DNA of 64,000 nucleotides from a virus. This document shows, piece by piece, positions 10,610-21,256 of the stretch. The stretch spans positions 105,275-169,274 of the IMG/VR virus record IMGVR_UViG_3300037247_001890; one strand, written 5' to 3'. A program made the position numbers and the translations under genes. The notes beneath the pieces were generated by a model. It was not told the origin of the DNA, ran no database searches, and was given only the letters and a program-made list of their open reading frames with translations. The first letter of the stretch is position 1. Each line of letters opens with the position of its first letter.

Positions 10610-11331
10610 TATATAATACCCATTCTTTTAGCTTTATTTACTTTTTCTGCAAATTTTATTCTTTTCCTGCGTACATAAACTTCCGGTTTTCCTATACGTA
10701 ATGCTATATCTTTTACATCCAATTTAGGTTTTCCACCCCAACCAAAAGAATATTCAAAGATTAATTTTTCTTCTTGATCCGCTTCATAATAAGCAAAGAA
10801 AAGTATTTCTGATGTGGTATCCGTACTGAACATTATGTTTTCAAAGAATGCTTCTTCTTCGCCACCAGTAGTTATTGCTAAATCTTTTCTCAATTCATTT
10901 TCCATACGCTCAACTTCTCTTGGAGCCCATGTCAAAGAGTCTGCTAACTCTACTGTATTAGGTTCCCTACCTAAATCTTCCATTAAATTCTGTTTTATTT
11001 TTTGAAATTTTCCAACAGCCAATGCACGATTTTCTGGTATTTTTCCTATGTTAACATAATTCAAAACATACCTTTGCAGATGTTTCTGATGATTTGTCAC
11101 ATGTGTCCCAAGTTGTGCTTTGGAGGGATCATATGTTTTGAAAGCTTCTAAAGCCAGTTTACGAGCCTCTGCTTCCAAAGCAGACCGAGGAATGCTTGGA
11201 TGTTGATAACGGTTGATTTGACTCTGTAATAAAGGGTCTAAACTTTTTATAAGTTTATTTTGTGCTACTTTGCTTCCTAATTTCCAGTCTCCCCAAAGCT
11301 TTAGTTCCTCTTCTTTTGAATACGTTTTCAT
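10609..11331 (-). CDS. phage sigma-70-family factor (probable late sigma)
   Basis: Region-2-like ALEAFKTYDPSKAQLGTHV, region-3-like LGREPNTVELADSL, and C-terminal HTH DVKDIALRIG. Confidence 0.75.
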   Translation of the reverse strand: MKTYSKEEELKLWGDWKLGSKVAQNKLIKSLDPLLQSQINRYQHPSIPRSALEAEARKLALEAFKTYDPSKAQLGTHVTNHQKHLQRYVLNYVNIGKIPENRALAVGKFQKIKQNLMEDLGREPNTVELADSLTWAPREVERMENELRKDLAITTGGEEEAFFENIMFSTDTTSEILFFAYYEADQEEKLIFEYSFGWGGKPKLDVKDIALRIGKPEVYVRRKRIKFAEKVNKAKRMGII

Positions 11332-11339
11332 ATGTTTTA

Positions 11340-11368
11340 AATATAAATAAAATTAACAGTTATATCAA
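11340..11368 (-). promoter_or_regulatory. sigma70-type promoter of the sigma-like gene (near-leaderless)
   Basis: TTGATA-17-TATATT; ATG lies 8 nt after the -10 box. Confidence 0.55.
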
Positions 11369-12289
11369 GCGTGTACTTGTTGGAAATGCTATTGCTGATT
11401 GTACTAATTGTAAAACATTTAAATAAGTAGTTTCTGTATCAGCATATTTTTTGCTTATTTTTGTTTCCAGATCTGCTAAATCATCCTTGCTTAGACCTGA
11501 AACAACTCCTTTTTCATACTGATCATGTAGTATTTTCAAAGAATTTTCCTGATCTTGAAGAGATTTCATTCCTATATCAAACAATTCTCTTTGTTTTTTG
11601 GTCATAAATAATTTAATATTAAGAAAGGTATTACTTACACCTTCGAGTTTGTGTTTTTTAACAATCATATTAAAAGAAAAGGCGGCTGTAAAAGGTTGAC
11701 GAGAATCTGTTTGAATTGACAAATTCACCGGATAACCATATATAATGGTCTTTTTGAAAGCTATTGCAGCTATCTTATTATTTTCTATTAGCTTCGTACC
11801 TCTGATTTCAGTTTCCCATAATTGCCTAAATTCATTTGCCCAACTGGTTTTATCATCAGGCTCAACTCCTGGACGAGTCTCATCTTTGTGCTCGGAATCA
11901 ATTAAAAAACCTGAAAAACTGTATATAGGAGTTTTTTTGTCGAAAAAAAATAGGGCAGGATCCCCAAAAGTCTCAAATATTTGAAACTTCTCTCTTCGAT
12001 CTTCCTGAACACTGGTCAATATAAAGTTAGTAAAAGATTGAGGTATAGCTTTTTCTGTATTACCTTCCGTAATGTTAGGTAATATGAAAATAGTCGCCGG
12101 CAATTCATTGTCAAAATCAAAACTGTGAATTCTATTCCTCTGCAATTTATTGAGTGACACCATACCCAAAAATTCCTGCATTCTTGATGTATGGCTTTCA
12201 TAGGAAGTGATATCAGTCCCTATTGGAATATTCGGATTTTTCTCTAAGTCTGCCAGTTCTTCTGGATTTAATTCATTCCCGTTTGGCAT
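11360..12289 (-). CDS. putative tail tube initiator/baseplate protein
   Basis: NFILTSVQEDRREKFQIFETFGD...YSFSGFLID; position downstream of tape measure and hub. Confidence 0.5.
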   Translation of the reverse strand: MPNGNELNPEELADLEKNPNIPIGTDITSYESHTSRMQEFLGMVSLNKLQRNRIHSFDFDNELPATIFILPNITEGNTEKAIPQSFTNFILTSVQEDRREKFQIFETFGDPALFFFDKKTPIYSFSGFLIDSEHKDETRPGVEPDDKTSWANEFRQLWETEIRGTKLIENNKIAAIAFKKTIIYGYPVNLSIQTDSRQPFTAAFSFNMIVKKHKLEGVSNTFLNIKLFMTKKQRELFDIGMKSLQDQENSLKILHDQYEKGVVSGLSKDDLADLETKISKKYADTETTYLNVLQLVQSAIAFPTSTRLI

Positions 12290-12290
12290 A

Positions 12291-14327
12291 TTATTTAGCC
12301 TCTAATACTTTCTGTCTTCTTTCTTTGACAAATACTTTTGGGATATATGTTAGTTTTCTCTCGATATGGTTATACGTAATATCATCAGTGGTATAAGATT
12401 TGTAATCTTTATCTTCAAAATAATTAGGTTTATCTGAGTCAATTAAAAATTTCCAAAAATCTGTTTCCGTCATCAAATTTCGTCTAGTTTCTTTTTCAAT
12501 GAATGGATGCTTTTCTTGATACATGTTATATTTCTTTTTTAAATTATAAATCGATTTAGCTATGATATTTACATTTGTTTTAGAAATATTGGTCTCATCC
12601 ATTGGAAGATCTCCTGCATGAAAATCAACTGTGACCTTATCAGTTTTATCTCCCTGGCCTGTGGCTACAGCTTTAACTGCAGGTTTAAGCGTATGACCAA
12701 TTTGATCTGCTCCATATGTTTCATCTATCCAAAAAGGAGTTCCAGGCCATTCATCTACCATTTCATCAAATATGCCCTCTGCTCCCCATGGGTCTACATT
12801 TGTTGAGAAATCATATTCCTTATATGATCTTGGTGCCATAAACTGTACTGTGGATGTTCCATTACCATTAGCATCTAAACTGGAATTTATGGACACAATT
12901 TTCCCAACCACAGAAGGTAGTTCTTTATCAAGCACCAAGCCTGGAAATCCAACTAATCTATGTGGTGTATAAGTAGTAGTCACTGAAAAATTTCGCACTG
13001 AATATTTCCTTTTCAAGTATTGCCACATATTAACTGCTAAAATATATTGACCCAGCTCATGTGTACGAAACTTATTAAAAAATGCTTTATAAGCCTCATC
13101 TGGATTAGTTATATTTCCATTATCATTTTTATTAATATATGTACTCCAAAAACTAGTATAAGCTTTTTGTGCATCATTAAATGTATGCATATAAGGATTA
13201 ATTCCTCGAAGTTTTTCTTCTGGCATCATTCCTACAGCAGGAATTAAATTTTTTTCAAACTTTATTTCAAAGAAATCTTTTTGAGGTGCAATAAATTTGG
13301 CCTGCATAGTATAAGCAGATACTGATTCCGAATGGGGAAGAGCTATTGGTGGAGTACTTGTTACTAATCTTGTAATCTCATTGCTATAATCATGTGAATA
13401 ACTAGACTGCAAAATCTGATCCGGAAATATAGTATTACAACGAAGAGGCATGAAAAACATCGTTTGAGGTACAAACATTATAGAGCGTGGATGATTATTC
13501 TCATCCTTAGTAGGGGCTGACGGTTCTAAATATTCATACTCTATTTTATTCAATAATGTGGCGACTATTTGAGAACCATCTACCGTATTATTTAATTGGT
13601 CCAAACTTCTTAATATAATCTCACTAACGACTTCGCCTCTTAAAGTAGACAATGCTTTAGTATTATTAAATGCATACATTCTTTCATTTATCCTTAATAT
13701 ATCATGTATCATTCCGTAGTAAGGGTTAGAATCACTTAAATTATTAACCAATGCTTTAAAAGTTCTGTCTAAAGCCTTGTCTGGCTCATCTCCTAAATCA
13801 TCTTTTGTAAATATTTGAACAGCTTGTTTAAGTCTTGCTGTAATATTAGTTCCCGGGAATGTAGATATTAGAAAATTTGCATGATCTTTTGCAGTAGGAT
13901 CTTCATCATGAACTTGGTATTTCTTTGATTGTGTCGCTTCTGCACTAGCGCCTACAAGAAGAAAATGCCCTTTCATAAAAGAATCCATGGAAAAATCCAC
14001 AATACCTTTATAAGTATTTTTCCAATTATTTGTTAAACCAACAAACGTTAGTTGACACCCAGCACCAGTTTGACTACGTCCAAAATTAATGGTAGTAAGT
14101 TCACCTTCAAAAATTAAATAATAATCTTCTTCTTCTACTTGTGGTGGTTTCATTTTATAAAATACATGAGCTAAAGTTTTAGGCATCAATCTGCTGAATT
14201 CCGCTTTAGGTGGTATGTTTACCATTGCAATTGGCGCAGAACCTAAACTTTCCTGAATATTTATTGATATAAAATTAACAGGAACGCCTTCTAAATATAA
14301 TTTTAACTCTATTGATTGGGTTTTCAT
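12291..14327 (-). CDS. putative baseplate hub protein
   Basis: 678 aa starting LKLYLEGVPV; directly follows the tape measure gene. Confidence 0.55.
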   Translation of the reverse strand: MKTQSIELKLYLEGVPVNFISINIQESLGSAPIAMVNIPPKAEFSRLMPKTLAHVFYKMKPPQVEEEDYYLIFEGELTTINFGRSQTGAGCQLTFVGLTNNWKNTYKGIVDFSMDSFMKGHFLLVGASAEATQSKKYQVHDEDPTAKDHANFLISTFPGTNITARLKQAVQIFTKDDLGDEPDKALDRTFKALVNNLSDSNPYYGMIHDILRINERMYAFNNTKALSTLRGEVVSEIILRSLDQLNNTVDGSQIVATLLNKIEYEYLEPSAPTKDENNHPRSIMFVPQTMFFMPLRCNTIFPDQILQSSYSHDYSNEITRLVTSTPPIALPHSESVSAYTMQAKFIAPQKDFFEIKFEKNLIPAVGMMPEEKLRGINPYMHTFNDAQKAYTSFWSTYINKNDNGNITNPDEAYKAFFNKFRTHELGQYILAVNMWQYLKRKYSVRNFSVTTTYTPHRLVGFPGLVLDKELPSVVGKIVSINSSLDANGNGTSTVQFMAPRSYKEYDFSTNVDPWGAEGIFDEMVDEWPGTPFWIDETYGADQIGHTLKPAVKAVATGQGDKTDKVTVDFHAGDLPMDETNISKTNVNIIAKSIYNLKKKYNMYQEKHPFIEKETRRNLMTETDFWKFLIDSDKPNYFEDKDYKSYTTDDITYNHIERKLTYIPKVFVKERRQKVLEAK

Positions 14328-14328
14328 T

Positions 14329-17300
14329 TTATCCTACTGATTCACCCTCTTCATTTACTTGAAGTACTCTCATATAGGAATTAGTACCAGCGTTTATAAC
14401 ACTTGTGATTGCTTCCGACATAAGTACGATACTCTTGTCAGCGGCTACTCTCATAGATGCTTCGTCAAAAACAGTACCTCCCGCTTCATTTGTTCTTTCG
14501 AATCCTTTAAATCTAGTGTCCATACTTTTGGCAAAAAATTCCCCGTATTTTTGTCCTGCTTTTTGTCGGGCTAGCATTTCTTCTTTAGTAGTTTCTAATA
14601 GATAGGCTGTCACATCAGCAGGTCCTACATCTGCCAGTTCTAGGTCTCCTTCATCTGCAATTTTTTGCCGCATTGTCTCATAATCTTCTCCTTCTTCTCT
14701 TTTCAAGCCCATACCTTGACCAATTATTGCAGATATAGCTTCCTCAGGCATACCCATTATCGCCACTTCTAGTTGTTTTTGTCCCTCTTTTCCGTATACT
14801 TTTTTCCATGGTTTAGTCCATTCTAAAACCCTTCTCTTAACGAATACATCTCGAGTTTCTCCGGGTCTTTTCCTTTCTGTATATTCTCCCGCAGCCATAT
14901 AAGCTAATCTTGCTAAATTAGCTTGAACTCCTTCTCTGGTCACATCAGGACCAAGAGCTTGAGCAATTTCTGTTATAGCCCCACTTGCCTCAGATTCAAA
15001 TCCAAGCCAGTCTAAAATGTTTTTACCTGTACCTACAAGAGGAGCTAGTGGTCCTAAAAGAGTCTTTGTAATAAAACTTCCTGGATCAAACATTTCACCT
15101 ATATCGAATGATTCTCTTCCCATATTTTCTAAATATTCTTCTACTCGTATCCTTCCTTCCTTAACATCTAATTCGCTAATTCCAACTTGTTCTAATATAC
15201 GTTTTCTGTCCGCGCCTAAAGATCCTATACCACCAGCGGCTAATCCACGTTGTCTCCTTTCTTCTTCAGTACGTGCAATAAATCTATATTTTCCTACTTT
15301 TAATTGTGAATCTCCCATGTCTTTAATAATTTGTGCATCAACTTGTGCTAATTGTTCCTCATTCATAGTCATCAAAACATTATGTCGTTCGGCATAATCA
15401 CCACTAAGTTGATATGCAAGTTCTAATCCCGCTAATTTAGTAGTTCTCATAGCAAATGCTCCCTGGGTTATATCATATGTGAACCTTCCAAATGCTTCTC
15501 CACCAACTCTCATTCCTTGTTCAATTCCTGTATACAGTTTTTCAGCTCTTCCTGTAATTGGTTTCCATACTTCACTTTCAACCAATGCTCCGACTTCTCG
15601 CAGCCACTTACCGGCGGGAGTTTCTCCTTCTTCTGCCCGTTGGCGTAGTGCCTCTGCTGCTACAGCATTATTTTTATCGGCCATGCTAGTGAGATTATTT
15701 GCCCAGTAATCGCGAGTTGCAACTAATCCCTTGGCCTCCTGCATACCAAGTCCTTGTGTAATATAAAAATCAAGCAAATCTTCACTACCAATTTTTTGCC
15801 CACCTACCATCTGTGCCCGTTGTAACCACATTTTTGCTCTCTCTGCATTCAGTAACTCTGGGCCCATTGCATCTACGAAACGTCGTTGTCCCCCAACTAA
15901 CCGAATAAGATCCATTGGAGTCCTGATTGCGCCAGCAGTAGCAGCAAGTTGTTCACCTATTCCCATTCCAGCTACTCCTTCTACTCCCCCACCGCCAAGT
16001 TGTGCTGCCATTAATGCCCCATGACCAACAATACCAATAGGACTACCAGCATAATTCATCGCAGATCGCGCCATATTTAAACTAATATTCTCAGCTCCGC
16101 CAAACTGTCTCAAATCTTCATCAGAAATAATTCCTGCTCCTGCCATATTCCTAACATCTTGTAGCAGTCTTCCAGCACCATAAGCAAAACCTTTCAATTC
16201 ATATCCAGTGCCTTTTACCATTTCTGCAGATTTCATCATAAAACTTGCAGCCTCTGTACGGGTTAATCCGGCACGTTCAGATAGTACCCCCACCTCTGCA
16301 GAAAATGCTCTGTAATCTTCTACTCCGAGATCTCTCGACAATTGACCCATTAATGCTACCGCTTCTTTAGAACTAACGTGCAATGTATGCATCAATTCTC
16401 TATGGCCCTCAAAAAGCTGTTTGGTTTTTTCTTTGTAGTCTTGTGCAGTTCTTACATAATCAAATCCTCCAGCCTCAGTAAATGTGCCCAGCATTTCATC
16501 TATTTCTGAACGACCATAGCCTCTAGCAGCAATATCTGGTTGATCAGGAAGTTCTCTTAAATATTCTCCCAATCCTTCGGCATCTTCTCTATTAAATTGA
16601 CCGCTCAAGAATCTCCAACTGGTACCGCGCACATATTTTTCTAAAGCTCTTTGATGTCGTAGTTCAGATGTAAATGGATATAAAGCTGCTTTGGCACCTA
16701 ATGCTACAGCAGGTATGGCAGCTGCTGTCCACCCAATCGGGCCAGCTCCAAATGCTGCAGCCGCGGCAAAGCCAAGCGCGACTCCACCAGCCTCACCCCA
16801 ACTAGGTTCCATGAAATCTTCCATAGCTTGATTTCTATAAGCCCTGGTATATTCTTTTTTGGACATTGGCATCGTGGGGGAATATCCTACACCCATTCCT
16901 CCTGTAATATCGCCTAGCCAATCATCCTGCTTTATTTGTTGCATGAGTTCGCCATATGCCATAGGTTGTGGAGCCCCACGCATGCCGCCGGTCATAAGAC
17001 CAGCCATTTCTAAATCACGTGTAAATTTAGAATACCCTAATCGGCCTGTTTCACGAATACTATTGAATATATTTTGAACATCACCAAAAGTACTTCGAGC
17101 CATCTGCACGCCTTCCCGGGCAGATGTCATGGCCGTAGTGAGGCTTTCAGGAACTCCAAAGCTTATTGGTGCAGCGCCTGTAAGATTTGTCAAAGCAGAA
17201 CTTTGAAATAATTCTCTGAAAGGATAAATATCTGGTCCTGCCGCATTAAAAGCTTGCGCCCCAAATGCCACATCCATTGCGTTTTTTACTTCCGAAAGCT

Positions 17301-17358
17301 TTTGAGCCACTTCGGAAGTATCAAACGTGACTTTATATTCTAAAGGCTCTGTTGCCAT
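14329..17358 (-). CDS. tape measure protein
   Basis: 1009 aa, Ala/Gly/Met-rich and helical with a hydrophobic segment; follows the chaperone gene pair. Confidence 0.75.
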   Translation of the reverse strand: MATEPLEYKVTFDTSEVAQKLSEVKNAMDVAFGAQAFNAAGPDIYPFRELFQSSALTNLTGAAPISFGVPESLTTAMTSAREGVQMARSTFGDVQNIFNSIRETGRLGYSKFTRDLEMAGLMTGGMRGAPQPMAYGELMQQIKQDDWLGDITGGMGVGYSPTMPMSKKEYTRAYRNQAMEDFMEPSWGEAGGVALGFAAAAAFGAGPIGWTAAAIPAVALGAKAALYPFTSELRHQRALEKYVRGTSWRFLSGQFNREDAEGLGEYLRELPDQPDIAARGYGRSEIDEMLGTFTEAGGFDYVRTAQDYKEKTKQLFEGHRELMHTLHVSSKEAVALMGQLSRDLGVEDYRAFSAEVGVLSERAGLTRTEAASFMMKSAEMVKGTGYELKGFAYGAGRLLQDVRNMAGAGIISDEDLRQFGGAENISLNMARSAMNYAGSPIGIVGHGALMAAQLGGGGVEGVAGMGIGEQLAATAGAIRTPMDLIRLVGGQRRFVDAMGPELLNAERAKMWLQRAQMVGGQKIGSEDLLDFYITQGLGMQEAKGLVATRDYWANNLTSMADKNNAVAAEALRQRAEEGETPAGKWLREVGALVESEVWKPITGRAEKLYTGIEQGMRVGGEAFGRFTYDITQGAFAMRTTKLAGLELAYQLSGDYAERHNVLMTMNEEQLAQVDAQIIKDMGDSQLKVGKYRFIARTEEERRQRGLAAGGIGSLGADRKRILEQVGISELDVKEGRIRVEEYLENMGRESFDIGEMFDPGSFITKTLLGPLAPLVGTGKNILDWLGFESEASGAITEIAQALGPDVTREGVQANLARLAYMAAGEYTERKRPGETRDVFVKRRVLEWTKPWKKVYGKEGQKQLEVAIMGMPEEAISAIIGQGMGLKREEGEDYETMRQKIADEGDLELADVGPADVTAYLLETTKEEMLARQKAGQKYGEFFAKSMDTRFKGFERTNEAGGTVFDEASMRVAADKSIVLMSEAITSVINAGTNSYMRVLQVNEEGESVG

Positions 17359-17768
17359 TAATTAATTTTACCCCAGTTTTTTGTTGTAAGTGTTTTGGAG
17401 ATGTTGTCTTTATATTTTCTTCCAAGCTGTAATTTTTTACCACCAAGTAAATCATCCATCGTCTTCCCACTCAAATCCTTTGCTTGTTTTTTGAACGAAC
17501 GTTCAAATTTCTTTCTATCAGCGATTTTAGTAGGGTTGATGAGGTTTTGGTATTCACCTAAAAGGTTATTGTACTCATTTACCTGGCTTCTTTTATCTTC
17601 CGGATTTTCTGTGCTAGAGGCAAACAAGGCTTTTGAAATAAGAAAAGTTTCCATGGATCGAATTTTATTTGCCCTATCTTTCATAAAAATAAGAGCCATT
17701 TCCTTAGCACTTCCAATCTCTACCTCTCGCGGACTCCCGGGCGACGAGAGATTTATCCCATCCAACAT
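17358..17768 (-). CDS. tail assembly chaperone, frameshift extension (gpT-like)
   Basis: Its frame stays open upstream to the slippery site in the preceding gene. Confidence 0.6.
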   Translation of the reverse strand: MLDGINLSSPGSPREVEIGSAKEMALIFMKDRANKIRSMETFLISKALFASSTENPEDKRSQVNEYNNLLGEYQNLINPTKIADRKKFERSFKKQAKDLSGKTMDDLLGGKKLQLGRKYKDNISKTLTTKNWGKIN

Positions 17769-17773
17769 TAATT

Positions 17774-18163
17774 CTAGTCGGAGTCTGCTGACTGGGTCTC
17801 CGGTAAATTTTCTAATTCTTCCGGATTTACACTATCTTTACACTGTTTGTAAAAATCTTTCTGTGACTCAGCAATGAGATCTATAATAGTTGTATCCAGA
17901 TTTTCTATAAATTCTAATTTTTCTTCTGGACTTTTGTCTTTAAATTTGTTATCTTGATATGATACCAAACCATAAGCGAGCATGCGTAGAGTAAAATTAT
18001 GTACCACAAACACAGGAGTTCCTGTAACATCCTGCATCCATTTTTCTATAATAAGTTGTTCTTTTCCACTAAGAGTCTTCAGAGTGAATTTAAGTTTACC
18101 TTTCAGCAAGTCAAGATCTTTCTGTGCCACTCCGTTTAAAATCAGTTGTTCTAATATTTCCAT
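17774..18163 (-). CDS. tail assembly chaperone (gpG-like)
   Basis: 129 aa, two genes before the tape measure; has a slippery heptamer near its end. Confidence 0.65.
   Translation of the reverse strand: MEILEQLILNGVAQKDLDLLKGKLKFTLKTLSGKEQLIIEKWMQDVTGTPVFVVHNFTLRMLAYGLVSYQDNKFKDKSPEEKLEFIENLDTTIIDLIAESQKDFYKQCKDSVNPEELENLPETQSADSD
17804..17810 (-). other. -1 programmed ribosomal frameshift site A AAU UUA
   Basis: In-frame X XXY YYZ heptamer; the -1 frame reads TGDPVSRLRLELMLDG into the next ORF with no stop. Confidence 0.65.
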
Positions 18164-18198
18164 AATATTCTATTGGTTTTATGTTTACGTTATAACTA

Positions 18199-18227
18199 AA
18201 TATACAAATATATCAAACACATGTCAA
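18199..18227 (-). promoter_or_regulatory. sigma70-type promoter
   Basis: TTGACA-17-TATATT in the divergent intergenic region. Confidence 0.65.
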
Positions 18228-18300
18228 GATATCACTCTTATTATGGAATAAGAATTCAGGATTATAGATATATCCCCAACATTTTATATAAGGAATAAAA

Positions 18301-18684
18301 ATGATAGTAATATATTCAGATGGTGGTTCTTATAACAATCAACATGGAGATAAAAGAGACGCATACGGATCTTTTATGGTTGAAACCGAGAAAAAACAAC
18401 ACCGTTTTAAGTACGGCAATAAAACAAACAACGAGGCAGAATATTTAACTCTGATAAAAGCATTATATTATATAAAGAATAAAAGAACTGAGAAAGAATT
18501 TGTATTATTTACGGATTCTCAGTTGATAACAAAACAATTAGATGATACGTGGAGATGTAAAAATGAGAAATTACAGCCATTGTATCAAGAAGCGAAAGAT
18601 TTAATCAATTCTATAAATAGCGGAAAACAAATTGTAATTGCTTGGACAAACAATAAAAAAATGAAAAAAATATTAGGTCACTAA
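18301..18684 (+). CDS. ribonuclease HI-family protein
   Basis: IYSDGGS, TNNEAEY, FTDSQLI acidic catalytic motifs. Confidence 0.85.
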   Translation: MIVIYSDGGSYNNQHGDKRDAYGSFMVETEKKQHRFKYGNKTNNEAEYLTLIKALYYIKNKRTEKEFVLFTDSQLITKQLDDTWRCKNEKLQPLYQEAKDLINSINSGKQIVIAWTNNKKMKKILGH

Positions 18685-18686
18685 AG

Positions 18687-20084
18687 ATGCCTTTAATAGT
18701 AATAAAAAATCAAGCAACTGTGGCTGGAATTAACGATACACAAAAAAGCATCATCAAAGAAAAATTGACGATACCAAATCCCAGATATGTACAAGTAATT
18801 AATCTTGGGAAATCATCATTTGGCATAGCTAAGGACATTACTTTTTATGATAAACGTCCCGATAGTCTAATTGTCCCTGTAGGATTCGTGCCAACGCTTT
18901 TAAAATTTATCCCGATAAAACCGGGAGATTTAATAGATGCTAGATTTGAAGCTCCTCCTATTGTCAATTGGAAGTTTAAAGGTAAATTATTAGCCTATCA
19001 AGAAAAAGCTGTGACTGCTATGACTGACAAAACTATAGGCGTAATACAAGCGCCGACTGGGTCAGGCAAGACGGTAATGATTGTTAATCATGTCATACGC
19101 AGAAAACAACCTACTTTGGTCATGGTTAACACAATAGAGTTGGCTAATCAAATGATTAAAAATTTCGCCAAGTTTACTAATAAGAAAGAAGACGATATAG
19201 GTTTCATCGGGAGCGGAATATGGAAAATAAGAGGAGTGACTATCACAATATTGCAAACCATGATTCGCCTTAGTAAAACAGAATTTCGTTTTCTTAATAA
19301 CAGTTTTGGACAAGTTATAGTTGATGAAGTTCACATTATACCGGCAGTTACTTTCTATGACGTGATAACGAGATTAGATGCTAAATATAAATTTGGGTTT
19401 AGCGCGACGCCCGAAAGAGATGATGGCCTGACAGATGTGATTCATTTTGCCACAGGACCACAAATACACGAACTTTCATTAAATGATGTAAAAGACAAAA
19501 TACTTATACCAACAGTAAGAAAAATAAGTACTAGTTATTATTTCCCCTTATGGAATAGCGATGAATATGCAGCCATGGTGGATGATCTGATAGAAGATGG
19601 GCAAAGGAATTCGCTCATACTGGACACTGTAAATGAGTACAAAGGAAAACAAATGGTAGTGCTTACAACAAGAGTTAAACATGCTACCTTTCTAACAGAA
19701 CAACTTAACAAAAGAGGTCACAAAGCAGAATACCTGGTATCAAGATTACCGCATCCTACAAAGCATGGTAAGTTTAAAGCTATGCCTAAAAAGCAACGAG
19801 CGGCCGTAATAGAAAATTTAAACAGCGGTAAAACAAAAATAGTGGTTTCCACTTTCAGTTTATTTTCAACCGGCATTGATATCATTAATTTAGAAGTATT
19901 GTTTCTAGCTGGTCCTACACGGTCCAAAATTAAACTTAAACAATCAATAGGGCGCATTATGAGAAAGGCAACTATTAAAAAAACCCCAGAGATCGTTGAC
20001 TTTCAAGACAAGCAAATTGATTTATTAAAGCATCAAGCCTATGCCAGAAATAAAATTTATAAATATTTGAAGAATGTGGAATAA
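18687..20084 (+). CDS. superfamily 2 DEAD/DEAH-like helicase
   Basis: APTGSGKT, DEVH, SAT, STGID, QSIGRIMR. Confidence 0.9.
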   Translation: MPLIVIKNQATVAGINDTQKSIIKEKLTIPNPRYVQVINLGKSSFGIAKDITFYDKRPDSLIVPVGFVPTLLKFIPIKPGDLIDARFEAPPIVNWKFKGKLLAYQEKAVTAMTDKTIGVIQAPTGSGKTVMIVNHVIRRKQPTLVMVNTIELANQMIKNFAKFTNKKEDDIGFIGSGIWKIRGVTITILQTMIRLSKTEFRFLNNSFGQVIVDEVHIIPAVTFYDVITRLDAKYKFGFSATPERDDGLTDVIHFATGPQIHELSLNDVKDKILIPTVRKISTSYYFPLWNSDEYAAMVDDLIEDGQRNSLILDTVNEYKGKQMVVLTTRVKHATFLTEQLNKRGHKAEYLVSRLPHPTKHGKFKAMPKKQRAAVIENLNSGKTKIVVSTFSLFSTGIDIINLEVLFLAGPTRSKIKLKQSIGRIMRKATIKKTPEIVDFQDKQIDLLKHQAYARNKIYKYLKNVE

Positions 20085-20099
20085 GAGGAGTATAGAAGC

Positions 20100-20558
20100 A
20101 TGATTTTAGAATTCAACCAAATTTCGAATCCCGAAGAGAGGAAAATTTTAAAAACTCCTGCTGTAAACATTGACGAGGTCACATTATTTTTATTAATTAT
20201 GGAAGATCTTAGACACACAGCAGAAGCTAACCAGGGTAAATGCGTCGGTATTGCAGCTAATCAAATATGGAAAGAAGATACTCCTCCACCTGCCATTTTT
20301 ATTGCAGGATTACATCAAGTAGGCGAATGGAAAATATTTATTAATCCCAAAATTAGGGGAACTGGTAAAAAAGTAAAAATGTATGAAAGCTGCATGTCTC
20401 TGGCTGGGAGAAAACCTAAACTAAAAAGAAGGGATAAAAATGTAATAATTACATATATCGATCCAGTAGATCAAACGGAAAAAACAGAGAAATATTTTAG
20501 TTCTGATGCTAGAATTATTCAACACGAATGTGATCATTTAAAAGGTATTTTAATATGA
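20100..20558 (+). CDS. def: peptide deformylase
   Basis: GIAANQ, ESCMS and QHECDH are the three PDF motifs. Confidence 0.9.
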   Translation: MILEFNQISNPEERKILKTPAVNIDEVTLFLLIMEDLRHTAEANQGKCVGIAANQIWKEDTPPPAIFIAGLHQVGEWKIFINPKIRGTGKKVKMYESCMSLAGRKPKLKRRDKNVIITYIDPVDQTEKTEKYFSSDARIIQHECDHLKGILI

Positions 20559-20821
20559 TCGAAGAAGAAAAAAGACTCATGCACAGGCAAGTTAAATGCT
20601 GTGGTAATTGCTGGTATTTTAGTTATTATAGAGGCAAACAACGTCGCGGTGTTTGTTGGCATGGGGAGAAAAAACCGAAAGTCTTTTATTCAAAGGATCT
20701 TTATGAAAAATTAGATCCAACACATGTAACATGTGTGTGTGATAATCATAAGTTTAAATCCAGAAAAGCACTGGAAAAAGTAAGAAATTGGTGTGGGGCT
20801 ACATATATAGAAGATCTCTAA
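20555..20821 (+). CDS. Cys-rich hypothetical protein
   Basis: CCGNCWY...CWH...CVCDNH. Confidence 0.6.
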   Translation: MIEEEKRLMHRQVKCCGNCWYFSYYRGKQRRGVCWHGEKKPKVFYSKDLYEKLDPTHVTCVCDNHKFKSRKALEKVRNWCGATYIEDL

Positions 20822-20833
20822 AAGGAGGTTAGG

Positions 20834-21256
20834 TTGGAGAAAAGGAACTTGCGCGGCAATTCCATAAGTATGGAAGTAAGGCACCATATAAATAGTTTCT
20901 GTAGCATTCGTGATCCCAAGAAAAAACTTTACATTATCCAGAAATTATCCAGAACATTAACCAATACGGCGAAAGCAGAACTTGGAAGAAAACCGGAACA
21001 AATAAGTTTTTCATCCGTTTTAGGTTTAGTAAAAGAATATCTTTCCCGGTTACGTATAGGTTTTTGCATACACGATAAAAGACAAGATGGATATGTCCTA
21101 CTTAATAGCGAGCTATTAACAATGCAAAAAAATAAAAATTTTCCACAGGATCTGTGTGAAAAGTGCATAACCCCTCGCGTATGCAAACTAAGGTCGACTA
21201 TAATAAATGAAAAGCAAATAGCAGGGCTTTTCATAAACGTAAAGAGATTCGCATAA
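20834..21256 (+). CDS. hypothetical protein
   Basis: AGGAGG RBS before a TTG start; several Cys residues. Confidence 0.6.
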   Translation: MEKRNLRGNSISMEVRHHINSFCSIRDPKKKLYIIQKLSRTLTNTAKAELGRKPEQISFSSVLGLVKEYLSRLRIGFCIHDKRQDGYVLLNSELLTMQKNKNFPQDLCEKCITPRVCKLRSTIINEKQIAGLFINVKRFA

